Shown here piece after piece: positions 37,710 to 49,965 of a stretch of DNA of 64,000 bases. Location: contig NC_087436.1 in the NCBI RefSeq assembly GCF_036321535.1, positions 80,850,001 to 80,914,000 on the forward strand, read 5' to 3'. Position numbers and translations under genes: made by a program. The notes beneath the pieces were generated by a model. The model saw only the letters and a program-made list of their open reading frames with translations, was not told where the DNA came from and made no database searches. This DNA is from Camelus dromedarius (Eukaryota). How positions within the stretch are numbered: the first letter of the stretch is position 1; the number at the start of each line of letters is the position of its first letter.

Positions 37710-37937
37710 CAGTGGTTCTCAGCTGGGGGCAGTTTTGCCCCCCAGGGGGCATTTGGCAACGTCTGGAAACGTTTATGGTTTTCACAACTGGGAGGGAGGT
37801 GTTACTTCTACCTAGTTGGGGGAGGACAGGGATGCTGCTAAACGTCCTACAATGTACAGGACAGCCTCCCTCCCCACCCTCTTGCCCACATCAGAGAACA
37901 GTCCTGCCCAAGATGTCAGTGGTGTTGAGAGAGGCTG
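37710..37937 (+). mobile_element. MER20 (hAT-Charlie)
   Basis: 'cagtggttctcagctgggggcagttttgcccccagggggcatttggcaacgtctgga...gggatgctgctaaacgtcctacaatgtacaggacagcc'. Confidence 0.92.
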
Positions 37938-40900
37938 TCGTGGAACACTCCTGAGTATATTTCCCCCCTCCATTGCTAGGGGTCAGGAAATGACCTTATC
38001 CCAACTTCTCACATCAAGGGACCAGGAGAACTAAGTTCTTGCTTTTGATTTTTTTACCTAAATTTGACTTTGGACAAATCTTTGCCTCAATTTCTTTTAT
38101 CAGATATGATGAAAGTATCTGTTGTATTGACTTTATAAAGTAGTGATGAGAATGAAATAATAGATATGAATGTTCTTTGAAAAAAAATTCAAAAAGCCAC
38201 AAAACTCATTATTTCTGCCACATTGAGAGCTTTCTAGACACAAAAGCATTCTGGCTGACTGCTGACTACAGGTCTGAATTACTCTTTGCTTTATTCCTTT
38301 GCTTAACTATAACATCAAACAATCCATTTTAGAAATATATCATCTGTTTAAACATGGGGTAGGTTATCTGGATGAGACAATGTGCTAGAAGTGATTGTCT
38401 TTGGTACTCGTCTTTTCTTAAACTCTATTATTTCCCTTGTCATGACTTTTTTTCTGGTCCAGGTTGACATAGTACATTATCTACATCCCTGAAGAAATTA
38501 ATTTAAAGTAGGCTAGCTTGTGAATTAGTAGCATCACCTAAAATACCTAAATTAGTAGCATTATCTAAAATTTATGATCAGAGTCTGAACTAAATCTGTA
38601 TCATTTTGAATGTGACATAAATGAAATAAACAAATTGATCTTGGGTGTGAACAGTCATTAACAGATACAAACTCATTAAATAGGATGAAACATAACAGAA
38701 AATCTATGTTCATATGAAAATTCTTCCACAGTTAGACCCGTATTAAAGCAGTGCTGAAGGTAATGTGAATGGGGCTTAATATAAACTTGATATCAGTAGT
38801 TGGGCATTCACCAAAACAGTATGGTACCTTCTTAGAGTGCGTCAGTAGTCAGCAATCCAGTCACAGAACTTCAGCTTAAGACTTAAGAGGGATAAACTGG
38901 AAAATGCTATTAGAATTATACGTTAAAAAACAGTGTATTACGGACTGAGAAGAGCATAGTGGGTAAAAGGCTTTTAGTGTGCTTTTTTTGAAGCACTGTT
39001 TAAAAGAGGCATGCCATATTGTAGATGAACTATGTTAGTTCTGGGGAAAGAGGTAGCACTAGTGACAGGAAACTCCCCGCCTCATTTTTGACGGGTCCAT
39101 CGTCACACAGAAATGACACATCTGGCATTTTCTGTATTTCTCTGGGAGTCTAGAAAGGCATCTTAAGCTTATTTCATTACTCTTTTTGTTTTTCCTTTTT
39201 ACAACTGTGATACTAGCTATGGTGGTGTTTAAATGCATGATTTCCTTTAAGGTTTTTTGACCCATCATTTGATCCTCCCTGTGCGAAGCTCTCTAAATTG
39301 TGCCTTACCATCCTCACGTTTCCCGAGTCCTGGTGCCTAGAGAAACAAGGAGCATGCAGTGCTTTAAATGTTCCTCTTGATTTTGCCGGGGAAAGAAGAG
39401 TCAACATTGCATGGCATATCTGGGGTCCGGATGAGTATGTAAGGAATGGGGATGGAATAAAGGTAAATGCGTTTGATTTCTTCTCCGACAAACATTTATG
39501 CATCTGCTCTTTTTTCTGTCACTTCTTTTAATATAAGAAACAACTTTTTTACACCCCTTGAAAATACTGCAGGTTGGGCAGAAGGGAAGAAGTGGTAGAC
39601 TGACTTGCAAATTTGTTAACTTGTGACTTGAGCTTTTCTGCTGCTTCTGGTACATGGAGTGCAGGTGTCGTGAACCAAAGTGAGGATATCCTGATAGGTG
39701 CACCAGCAATCAAGCAGTTGCTGAGTTGGCTTCATGACAGTGCTGTGGTCCTAGAAGTGTAACGAAGCATTCCCAAACAATGGCCAGAATTTAAATTGCT
39801 ACTTAATCCAGGCTGACAGATAGCATTACCGAGGAAACATAAGGGCTTCGGGCTCACCACAGCCGTTTGCAGGACTTTATGGCATGTTACTGCCTTGTTC
39901 TGGGCGATGCCCGGCCCCCTTCTGGTGTTCAGTGAGTATTAAATAATACCAATACTGTCAAGTGCTTCTTATTTTTCACCTGGGAACATTTATAATTCTC
40001 TGCTTCATGTACTTTCTAATTCTTCATGCTCAATGATGGGAATGAAAATTTACTCTGGGAATGTGAATGTCGCCTTGACAAACCATTTCTATTCTGTTAA
40101 ATAGTGTTTTCAGTGGTGAAACTAGAAGGTCCCTGGACTCTGTTTTATTGTCCTGGTCCCTATTCATTCCTCCCTCCTCTGCCCTAAGGTCTTTTTAGAA
40201 ATGCCAAAACCCAACAAGAGTAACTGCCTTTTAATTTGGGTCTGGGATTTAGATCTGATTTATTTTAAACCTTCCTAAATGTGGCATTTAAGTCTGCTCG
40301 AAATTCCCAATTCTCTGCTCCGGTAGCTCAGCCAAAGATGTTTTGATTTCTGAGCTGCACATTCCTGGGAGCATGGGCCTCATTTGTCTAAAAAGAGAGA
40401 TGTGAGCTCATTTGACGTTTCAGTTGACTTACTGTTCTGTTTTGACCTTTGCTACTAATGGTTGGCAGAGAATAAAACCAGACATGTCCATCACTGTCTA
40501 GATTTTATAAACTATTGACTGTTTCTTGAAGGACCGTAATGCTTATTTTCTTGGCCTGTTGTACCATAGGAGAAGATTTACAGAGTGTAAAAAAGTGAAA
40601 ACCATGGCTAGCTAGCATCATCCAGATCTGCTGGTAACAAAGTCATAATTAATAATTATCAATTAAATATAAATGAGCAGAAATCACACCAAGGAGAGAA
40701 ACAAAAGCATTTTAATCACTGGATCTCTTTTGGCATTGTCACATTAAATGCTCTGTAAAGAGTTGAATTAACTAGTTTTCCTGATTTTTTTTTTTAAGCT
40801 GAACACATCCTCTTAATGGCTTTGTTCAAATTTTGTAACTTCCAAAGGAAGACTCTACCAGGCACTACTCATATATGAGCTGTCATCCAGGAAAGCTGAC

Positions 40901-41098
40901 CCCTTTTCTCCTTTACTCCCACCCGTGCTTTGTATATTTTGAGCTCTTCTACACTCTGCCATTCTCTTTAAGACAATTCCTGCTATAATTATTGTGATTT
41001 CCAATATTGTGGCCTCTCAGTTTTTGAACTTCTTCCCTCCAATGACTTTTGTCGTACATTCTGCCTTAGATACTCATTCCATTGTCTATACCCTAGGA

Positions 41099-41598
41099 CA
41101 GCAGTTCTCAAAGTGTGGTCCAATGTACCCTGAGGTGCCCAAGACACTTTCTAGGGGCTCATGGGTTAAAAACTATTTGCATAATATTGCTAAGATGTTA
41201 TTTGCATTTTTCGCTCTCATTCTCTCACGGATATACAATATTTTTCAGAGGCTACATGATGTAATATCATAAGAGGTTGAATATAGAACCATATTCAAGA
41301 ATCTAGCTGTCTGCTATTCAGGCAGATATTAGGGAGATTTGCAAAAGTGTAAAACAATGCCACTCTTCTCATTAATTTTTTTGTTTTGGAAGACATAATT
41401 ATTTTTTATAAAAATATTCATGTTAATAATTAATGGGTTTATTATATTTTAATTGAATTAAATGGATACTTTAAAAATTCCTGTTTTAATTTCTAATACA
41501 GTAAATATTAATAGATATAATCTATGTAAAAATATTTTTGCCATCAATAATTATAAGAGTGTAAAGGGGACCAGAAACCAAAAAGTTGACAACTGCTG
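41099..41598 (+). mobile_element. Charlie1-derived non-autonomous hAT element (Charlie1b-like, 500 bp)
   Basis: Termini 'cagcagttctcaaagtgtggtcc' and 'aaaagttgacaactgctg' are inverted repeats; internal 'gagatttgcaaaagtgtaaaacaatgccactcttctc'. Confidence 0.85.
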
Positions 41599-41699
41599 CA
41601 CTGACCAAATTTATCAAACTGTCTGGGAGGATGAAACCCCCTTTCTGTACTATTGTTCTTGTTTTGTAATATCTAATTTATCATAGTCTGATGCTTTAG

Positions 41700-41878
41700 G
41701 AAAAATGAAATAAAAATAAATCAGTAAAAAAAATTGTAGATGCAAACTCATGATCAAATGTCATGACGCTGTCAAATTGTCAAATTTTCTACTTTTTATT
41801 CCCCATTTCTGCGACTATCTCGATGTGGACCCATATGAGGCTCATGGACTGGCTTTGACGCTGCTTTGAGTAGCACTG
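41700..41878 (-). mobile_element. hAT-Charlie fragment (MER119/Charlie7-like)
   Basis: Ends 'ctttgagtagcactg' then 'ctctag'; 'gctgtcaaattg' internal. Confidence 0.55.
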
Positions 41879-41939
41879 CTCTAGACCTTGTCACCAGAAG
41901 CAACCATTCTTCCATAGAGGTAGCACGCTATGCTCTGAA

Positions 41940-43770
41940 CGCATCCTCTTTTCACTTCACTCTCTCCAGTAATTCACCTCTGAAAATCCTTTGACTCCCA
42001 ACTAAGACCTTCAGTCTGTTTCCCTATTACCTTTTGACTCTTCTTCAGTGCCCTTAATTTCTTATTTCTCCCTTAAATTTCATGGTTAATTATAATAAGT
42101 ACTTCTTTGTAACACTTGCAAATCCCTTGCCAGTTTCTTACTTCTTTTTGTACAATTTGGTGACTCACAACCCTGTTTAAATCCAATTCTACAAAGATAC
42201 TTTGCCTGCCCCTGTGCAGATGAATGTGGCTGGTGATAAATCCACAGCCATGACAATAGGCTCTTACTGTATATTCATGATAGTAATTTCACGTGGGCCT
42301 TAATTCTGCCCGTGGCAGCCAATTTTGTCTAGTTATGCTGTGGTACCAATCTCAAAGTCTCAGTAGGAAACGCGGTAAAGGTTTGTTTCTCATATAAATG
42401 CACACTGTGGGTCACCTTTGACTCTGTACTCTGGGAACCAGGCTCATGGAGCGGCTCCTTCTTGGGGGTGCTGCTGAGTTCATGGCAGAAGGAAAGAAGT
42501 GACAGTAGAAGCATGTGACATTTCTTAAAGCTTTTCTTCTGAAGTGGTTCATGCCCCCTCTGCTTATATTCCATTGGCCAGAGGAAGTCATTTGGCTAAA
42601 CTTAATATTAACGGGGTGAGAATTATAATCCTCCTGCAGGGATAAGCATGGTAAGGAGGAACTAATAGGAAGGGGCGATGGAAGGTTTTACATTACTGTC
42701 ATCTATCCAACAACTATCCACTGCTACAATTTCCCATTCAGTTACACAAATGAGTTCTTAATGCCTTCTCCACTTCCTCAAGGCTCTAATTCCTCCTGTC
42801 ATGTCCGTACCCGCTGTTGATGACCATGCTTCTTTTCATTTTACTGAAAAAAATCCAAATAATCAGAAGATAAATTCCTCATGATTCTATGTTCCCTACT
42901 ACCTGCATTTGTGGTCATATATGCCACCTTCCTTTGGATTAACTTTCTGTACTCCTACTTGGGGCCGACCCCTCCATCTGTCTGCCAGGTCATACTGCCT
43001 ACACCTCCTCAAATGCATTGCCCCAGCAACTCTTTTCTCACTTCTACATTGCCAGTTTCCACTCTTTGCTAGATTACTCCCAAAGGCATGCCAATGTGTT
43101 ATTTTTCCAGTCTTAAGAGACAAAACAAAACACAAAGAACCCCTGGCTTCATTCACCCTCGTGGTGCTCTTCTATTTACATTTCTCATCTTTGAAAGAGC
43201 TGTTATGCATGCTGTCACTATTTCCCTCTTCCCATTCTCTCCCGAGCCCAGCACCCTTCTCCAGGTCTCAGTGATGTCAGTGTTGTTAAGCCAATAGTCA
43301 GTGCTCAGTCCTCATCTTCCTTGTCCTGTCAACAGCCTGGAAATAATTTCTCCACGTGCCATTCAGAACACTAAACATATCTAGTTTGCATTCTATGTTT
43401 TTGGCCACAACGCCTCAGCCTTTTGTGGCTTCCTCCCCATTTCCCTCACTCCTCTGCTTCAGGAAGTACTTTAGGAAGCAGCAGTGCATTTTTCTTCTGT
43501 CTCTACTCTGTCCCCTTGGTAAGCTCATCCCATCATGTGATTTTAAGTACATTCTACTTGTGACTTTCTCACAAATTTATAATTTAAGCTCGGACCCCTT
43601 CTATGAATTTTACACATCCAAGTCCAATGCCTGTTTTATATCACTGATTGGCTTTCTGATAGGCATTTCTTATTGTGATATGTCCAAAAATCGTCTCATA
43701 CTTCCCCCAAATCTGCTTCTCTCATAAACTTCTTCATTGTAGTAAGTGGCAATTCTGTTCATCCTTGTTT
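41940..43770 (+). mobile_element. Long L2 ORF2/3' segment, interrupted by a MaLR LTR
   Basis: 'cttcttttcattttactgaaaaaaatccaaataatcagaaga', 'ccaatagtcagtgctcagtcctcatctt', 'ctcatcccatcatgtgattttaagtac' are L2 motifs. Confidence 0.8.
42325..42700 (-). mobile_element. MaLR LTR (MLT1K/L-like) inserted in L2
   Basis: 'ttatgctgtggta...ctctgcttatattccattggccagaggaagtcatttggctaa' antisense MLT1. Confidence 0.7.
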
Positions 43771-44656
43771 ATGGTACATATTTAATTCCATGGTCCACAA
43801 AACGTTAGTTTTGATGTGTCATTTTTGGAACAGAATCTAGCAGGCACAGTATACTAAGTCATATTAGAAATATTTAACTTTCATCTAGCTTTAGAGAAAA
43901 TATCCCCACGTGTAGATTGTTGTTTCAGTTCTTATTTCTTCCAGTCTTCAGATGCATGTTCTATGCATCTTCCAAAACTGTTTAATCATAAACAGACATT
44001 ATTCTGTCTCCATATTGAGTGTGTGTGTGTTTGCCTTCAGCTAATTTTTAGCAAGGAAAAGAAGAACCAGGATTTCCTAAATAATATGTGGCTTTAAATT
44101 TTTTTTTTCTCGTAGTGAGGAACTTCCAAAGGTGATTTTATGTCTCTCATGAAAGTTAGTAGATGTTGTAAAATTAAGACGACTTTTAAACATGACTGAA
44201 ATAATTATGGAGTTGTGTCTTCAAGTTCTGAATGTTTAATATGAGTGACTAATTGTGATGACTTCATACCATCATTAAAGAAAATCTAGAGGAACACTAT
44301 TTATGTAAGATTTATCATTAATGGTAGTAGATGTCAATGCATATTTCAAATAACTTTCTTGGTAATTTTAAAGATTTTGATCTACTTCGTGTTAGGTCTG
44401 ATTGTGTCCTGCAGTTTTATATGGTTAATAAAGAACTTATACAAAGGATAGAAGGGTCAGCCTTTCTATTTTCTTGTTTTTCTTGTGGGCTTCTATGATC
44501 CTTATTATGTTCAATCTGTTGGGTTTTTTTTAACCTGAAAAGGTTGATCCACTTGTCAATTTGTGAAGATTAACTTGTTTAAACTACATAATATGTTCTA
44601 GGAATCCACCTAACCATGCACATGCATACTGAAAGCAAGATAATGCTTTAGGGCCA

Positions 44657-45060
44657 TATGGTGGGTTCACTGGTGGCCCTCCCCCAAAATAAATGTCCAC
44701 CTGGACCTTCAGAATAGGGCTTTTGTAGATGTTATTAAAATAAATATCTAGAGATGAGATATGTTGGATTAGGTGGGTCCTAAGTCCTAAAGTGTTTATC
44801 TTATAGGAGATAGAAAAGAAGACACAGGGGAGAAGGCCATGGGTAGTCAGAAGCCAAGATTGGAGTCACTCATCTCCAAGCCAAGGAATGCCAAATCTTG
44901 CCAGTTGCCACCAGAAAGGAGAAACACAGAAGGATTCTCCCCTACAGACATGTTGATATCTTGCTTTTTGGACCCCAAAACTGTGAAAGAATAAATTTCT
45001 GTTGTTCTAAACCATGGCCTCCGTGGTGATTTGTTATGACGGCCCTGGGAAGCTTATGCA
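44657..45060 (+). mobile_element. MaLR solo LTR (MLT1B/C)
   Basis: 'tggtggccctccccc...caagccaaggaatgcc...ctgtgaaagaataaatttctgttgttctaa...tttgttatgacggccct'. Confidence 0.85.
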
Positions 45061-45307
45061 GGTTCCATGGTCCCCTCTTCCAGCCTGCAACTGTCCCGCT
45101 GTTTCCAGAGGACACTTCAGCACCGCACCTGACTCGTGCGCACGCCTGGCTGTACGCTGAGCGAGGTGAGGGTGCTGCCCCACAGGTGAAATAGCAGGAT
45201 CCAGATGTTAAGAGCAGTCTTTGTGTTGTCCTTACACCCTCAGGGGATGTATCACTTTACAGAACACCTGCAGTGCATTCTCCCTACTTTGGAGACCACG
45301 GAGGAGA

Positions 45308-45611
45308 GACTGGTGTCCTCCCCGGACAAAAGGAAGATTAGACACAGATATGGACCCAGGAAAATGCCATGGAAGAGGAAGACAGAGATCGGGCTTAAGC
45401 TTCTATGAACCAAGGGCTACGGAAGATTGCCAGCAAACTACCGGAAACTAGGGGAGAGGCATGGAAGATCCCCTTCATGGCCTCAGAAAGAACCAACTCT
45501 GGCACCACTTTGATTTCACACTTCTAACCTCAGGCCCTCTGAGACAACACATTTCTCTTACACCATCCAGTTTGTGGTGCTTTGTTATGGCAGCTCTAAC
45601 AAACTGATACA
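45308..45611 (+). mobile_element. MaLR LTR 3' two-thirds (MLT1B/C)
   Basis: 'gactggtgtcct...gattgccagcaaac...tttgttatggcagctctaacaaactgataca'. Confidence 0.85.
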
Positions 45612-45614
45612 TAC

Positions 45615-45790
45615 GGTGTGGTGGTGAAGTGCAGCGGCAGTGGGGCCAGGACCTCTGCATCCAAAACTCATACCTGCCCCTGACAAGCTGTGTCACCGTG
45701 TAGTAGGATTAAGTAGGTCTATAGACACAAAACACTTAAAGCAGTACTCAGCGTACAGTTCTTGTTTACTTCGCTTCAAAACATTACTAA
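45615..45790 (+). mobile_element. MIR fragment
   Basis: 'gctgtgtcacc...aggattaagtagg...aaacacttaaagcagtactcagcgtacagt'. Confidence 0.5.
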
Positions 45791-47149
45791 CTGGATATTA
45801 TAGCCTACATATGTATCTTTAAATGGTTACAAATACCACTGTAATGAACACAGCTATAAATATTCTGTAAATATGTTTTCCATTAGGCCAGACTCCCATA
45901 TGCACAATTCTCGGGAAAAAAAATGTTAGTATTTGCAAGTCTCTAAATGCTATATTTATAAAAATTCCTACTTTGAGCAGTTATGTTTTAAAGGGATCCC
46001 CTCATTCTACCTTGATAATCATTAAGCATTACAATTAACTAAACTATGTTGCTGCTCATTTCATGAAATTATTATATTTGCTTTATTTTCATTCCTTGTA
46101 ATAGTAGTAAAATGGAATGAAATTTGTTAATTTTTGAATGCTGACAGTTAAGTGATGAGTATTTGGCTGATGAAAAAGAAATGTGGTTCTTAGGCAAAAT
46201 ACACCAGAGCCTCTGCCTTGAGAAGAGAAGCTGAGCATCTTGAAGCCATTTACTCCAGCCTGCTCTTTTCCCCATGAGATATTGGACTTTATCAACTCTT
46301 TGCTAATAAAATTCACTTTTCTTTTCAATTTTATCACTGATAGCCTGCAGAGCTTCTTCTTGCTTTAGATAAATTGCGAAAACAGTCTACAAATATTTTG
46401 AAGTGACACGTCATCCATTCACTGAGTAAAAAAGGTCTGTGCTCAGAGTAAAGCCTCACAGAGGCTGAGAGAACACTGCATCAGGTCTTTGCAATATGTG
46501 ATGTGCCAAAACTCGTATGTGAAATGAGGCTGAGGAAAGAGGTGGGAAGAAATGAGTGGGCTGATGCTTTGATGCTGTCAGGAACAAAAGCATATTAATC
46601 AAGCCTCTATGAATAACAACCTGCTAATATTGTATAGTATCATGGCTGAAAATAAACCATCCCACAGGCAGTGTGTCTGAAAACAAGCTCTTGTCCTCAA
46701 TGCATTCCTGCTGGGTAAAATTTGTCTTAAAAGGTGCTGGCAAGTCAGTGCCAAAGGGAGCTTCATTTTTTTTTTTTTAACCCAGGAATTTAAAAAAACA
46801 ACTAAAACAAAGACCAAAGAAGAAACCTCTTGTGAGGTCTAGTTACTTAGATGTAACATGCCTAGATTTAGGAGTTCAGGAACAGCTTCATTGGATCTTC
46901 TAGATTATAAGAAAAACTCTTTGGTATATTTCAATCATCAAATTCTGTCAGCCCAGACTCAGAGCAATCATCATACATGTATTGAGTTCCACAAAAAATA
47001 CTTTATTGAGCTTCTTGAAAAATAAGATGACAAAAACAGACAAACCCCAAATCTATATGGCTTATCTTTGTAATAGAAGCTGAAACATTTTGTAGAAGCT
47101 GTAGTGTAAGGAGAAATAATTATCAGCCACATTTTATCCTTGTAACTTT

Positions 47150-47640
47150 CACTCAGTCAATAGTTATCTATTAAGGACCTACTGGAGTCAGGTTCTATAC
47201 ATGATGCTAGAGGCAGAGAGGCTGGGGAAAGCAACATCTGAACTAAGCGTTTAGTAGAAATAGAAAGTGTGGAAGGGGGAGAAAAAGAGGAGTTCAGTGG
47301 AATGACATGAGCAGAGCTGTAGAAGGATGTCTTTCACGTCCTGTGCAGGGACCTGCGTGCATTTGGTAAATCCTGAGTGTAAGCGGTTAGACAGAGGAGG
47401 CCGGAAAATCACGCAGAGCTTGCATGTGCCTATTGTAAAGTTAGATTTCAACGACAGGCTTGAATGGGACCACATCCAGGATTATACGCTGGGCAGTAAC
47501 TTGATCAGTACAGCCTAGAAAATCAACCACAGAGTCAGTGGGGCAGTGGTCTCTGATGTAGGACCCATTGAGAAGGAAGCACTAAAGCTTATGTTTTTGC
47601 TTGCTATGGACCTTATAAATAATAAAGCCGTTAGATTGTG
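47150..47640 (-). mobile_element. L2 fragment
   Basis: 'cactcagtcaatagttatctattaaggacctact...' L2 tail in antisense followed by degenerate body. Confidence 0.5.
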
Positions 47641-48372
47641 CTCAGTTTGATAGGATGCATTGGAAAGAAACGATATTGTTTCTCTAACTTTTAAACCACT
47701 CTGTAGGCTGGTTCCTTTCCTGCCGCTGGATGACATTTTGTACAGGTCTCATTGCTTTTCTGATTCCTTTTAGGGACAACTATAGTATCATTTTAGGAGT
47801 TATGATGCCAAGTCCCTGCAATAATAATAATAATAAAAAGATACTGTCATTTAAAGTTAAAGCTCTCTTTTCCCCTGGATTGGGTCTTCTTCAGGATAGG
47901 AGGATGGAGGGCAGAAGCATCCTTTCTGTTCTGTGATCTTCTCTTTCTTCTCCTCTGCATCTCCACGCGCCAGGGTTAGAGTGGACCAAGGAAGGAGGTG
48001 TGAGGAGTACACTTGTGATCTGGCTTTGGGACCCTTTGAGGCCCTGTGGACTCTTGTCATGAGGTGCTTTTGAGGTTTTCTTGGAGATTCCTCCTCTCAG
48101 AACCTTTATCTGCACATGAGAATACTTCTCTCTCTCCCTTCAGCAGGCCACTTGCTACACCCTTCCTTCGCCCTTCAGATTCCTAGAAATCTACTCCTCT
48201 GCAGGATTACTTTAGATCTTTTGAGTGGAGACCATTTCAAGATGTTTCCAGGCCAGCTTCCTCCCATCTGGTCCATATGTCTATTCACTGTCACTCCCAT
48301 TATAAGTGAAAATGCAGGTCACACCTAGGGCGACCTTCTCTCTCTAGTTCACTTTAATGTCCCCCACCCCCG

Positions 48373-48409
48373 TCTCTCTCTCTCTTTCACACACACACAC
48401 ACACACACA
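48373..48409. repeat. (CT)n(CA)n compound microsatellite
   Basis: read directly. Confidence 0.95.
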
Positions 48410-49117
48410 AATATATGCATATTCTTTCTCCATCTCTCTTCTGTCTTGGGTTCATATGACTTCAGCATCTCATTCTAGTCCTTAATTTCTCTGAATTCCT
48501 AAATACCTGCTTAGCTATCTGACTGATATCCTTAAAGCACCTATTGATTGGCTTGTGAGACAGAAGTATCTCCCTGGAAGGCAGGGTTTCCTTACAGCAC
48601 TCTCCAAATTCCAGATGAATTCTAGCCTTTCCGTAACTAGAGTTGAGTGATCTCTAATTCTCGAAGAATAGGTTTTAATCATTTCTTATCACATTCATCG
48701 ATGTGACTTAGCAGCTTTCTGTGGTATTTAGGTATGGATTTCCTTTTGCAGTGGTTCTCAACCTTTGGAGCTGAGAATAAGTAAAGAGAAGAGTATTTAT
48801 CATCACTGTTAAACCAAGAGTTAAATTAGGATGTAGAAATATTTAATACATCAATGAAGATCCTAAAAATACTTTATGTATATAAATATATCTATATACA
48901 GTGGGGGTAGATTCTTAAAAGAGAGGCTTTATCAAAAATTGTCAGCAGGGCACTAATACAGAGAAAATCTTGGATGTGTATGTGTGACAGGATGCATGTG
49001 GGGAGACTATTATACTGGGTGGGCGGGATGTGTTGAGGAGCTAAACCAAAGGAGCCTAAATGCCAGTAAAGAGAAAGAGATGACAGAATGTCTTGGACTG
49101 GAAGATTGATAAGATAC

Positions 49118-49503
49118 TACTCTGGGCTGAATTGTGTCCCTCTCACAATTCATATGTTGAAGCCCTTACCCCCAGTGCCTCAGAATGTGACTCAATATGG
49201 AGACAGGTCTTTAAAGAGATAATTAAGTCAAAATGGGGCTGTTATGGTGGGTCCTAAGCTGATATGATTGGTGTTCCAGTAAGGAGATTAGGACAGAAGA
49301 GAGACACCAGGGATACAAGTGCACAGAGACAATGCCACGTGAACACACAGAGAAGGCAGCCATCTGCAAACCCAGGAGAGGCGCCTCAGGAGAACACCTT
49401 GATCTTGGACTTTCAGTCTCCAGAACTGTCAGAAAATAAATTTCTGTTATTTAATCCATCCAGTCTGTGGTATTTTGTTATGGAAGCCCTATCAAACTAA
49501 ACA
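49118..49503 (+). mobile_element. MaLR solo LTR (MLT1A-like)
   Basis: 'gggctgaattgtgtccc...catatgttgaagccc...cctcagaatgtgact...aaataaatttctgtt...aaactaaaca'; 5-bp TSD gatac (49113-49117) / gatgc (49504-49508). Confidence 0.92.
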
Positions 49504-49714
49504 GATGCCCAATATGGGAGCATGGAGGAGGGGCTAGGACCTTGACTCACCAAGATAAGAGTTACGTGGTGGGGTCACTTGTGTAAGAGTCTTGGAGGAG
49601 GATTCTTGCCTTTCCCCTTCTGTCCTTTTCCTTGTATATCATTCACTTAGCAATCAAGGGTTCAACCAAATTAATATGCTGTTCTACGCTGAGGGAAGAT
49701 AAGGTCAGAGGACG

Positions 49715-49810
49715 TTACACATAGCGGTTGAAAGCAAGGATCTTTGAGTCAGGAGGACTTGTATTCAAATCCTAGCTATACTATTTGGAGCAAGTTATGT
49801 AACCAGTCTT
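49715..49810 (+). mobile_element. MIR 5' fragment
   Basis: 'tagcggttgaaagcaaggatctttgagtcag...ttcaaatcctagct'. Confidence 0.65.
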
Positions 49811-49900
49811 GTGAACTGACTTAAGCCGATTTGGTTATTTACAATTCTTTGCTAAATGCTAATGTCCTCCATAATGCTAATTAACAAAAGCTCTGTGGGC

Positions 49901-49965
49901 TTTTTTTGTTTTGTTTTGTTTTGTTTTGTTTTGTTTTGTTTTTCTGGTTGTTGTTGTTGTTGTTT
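49901..49965. repeat. (TTTTG)n and (TTG)n simple repeats
   Basis: read directly. Confidence 0.95.
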
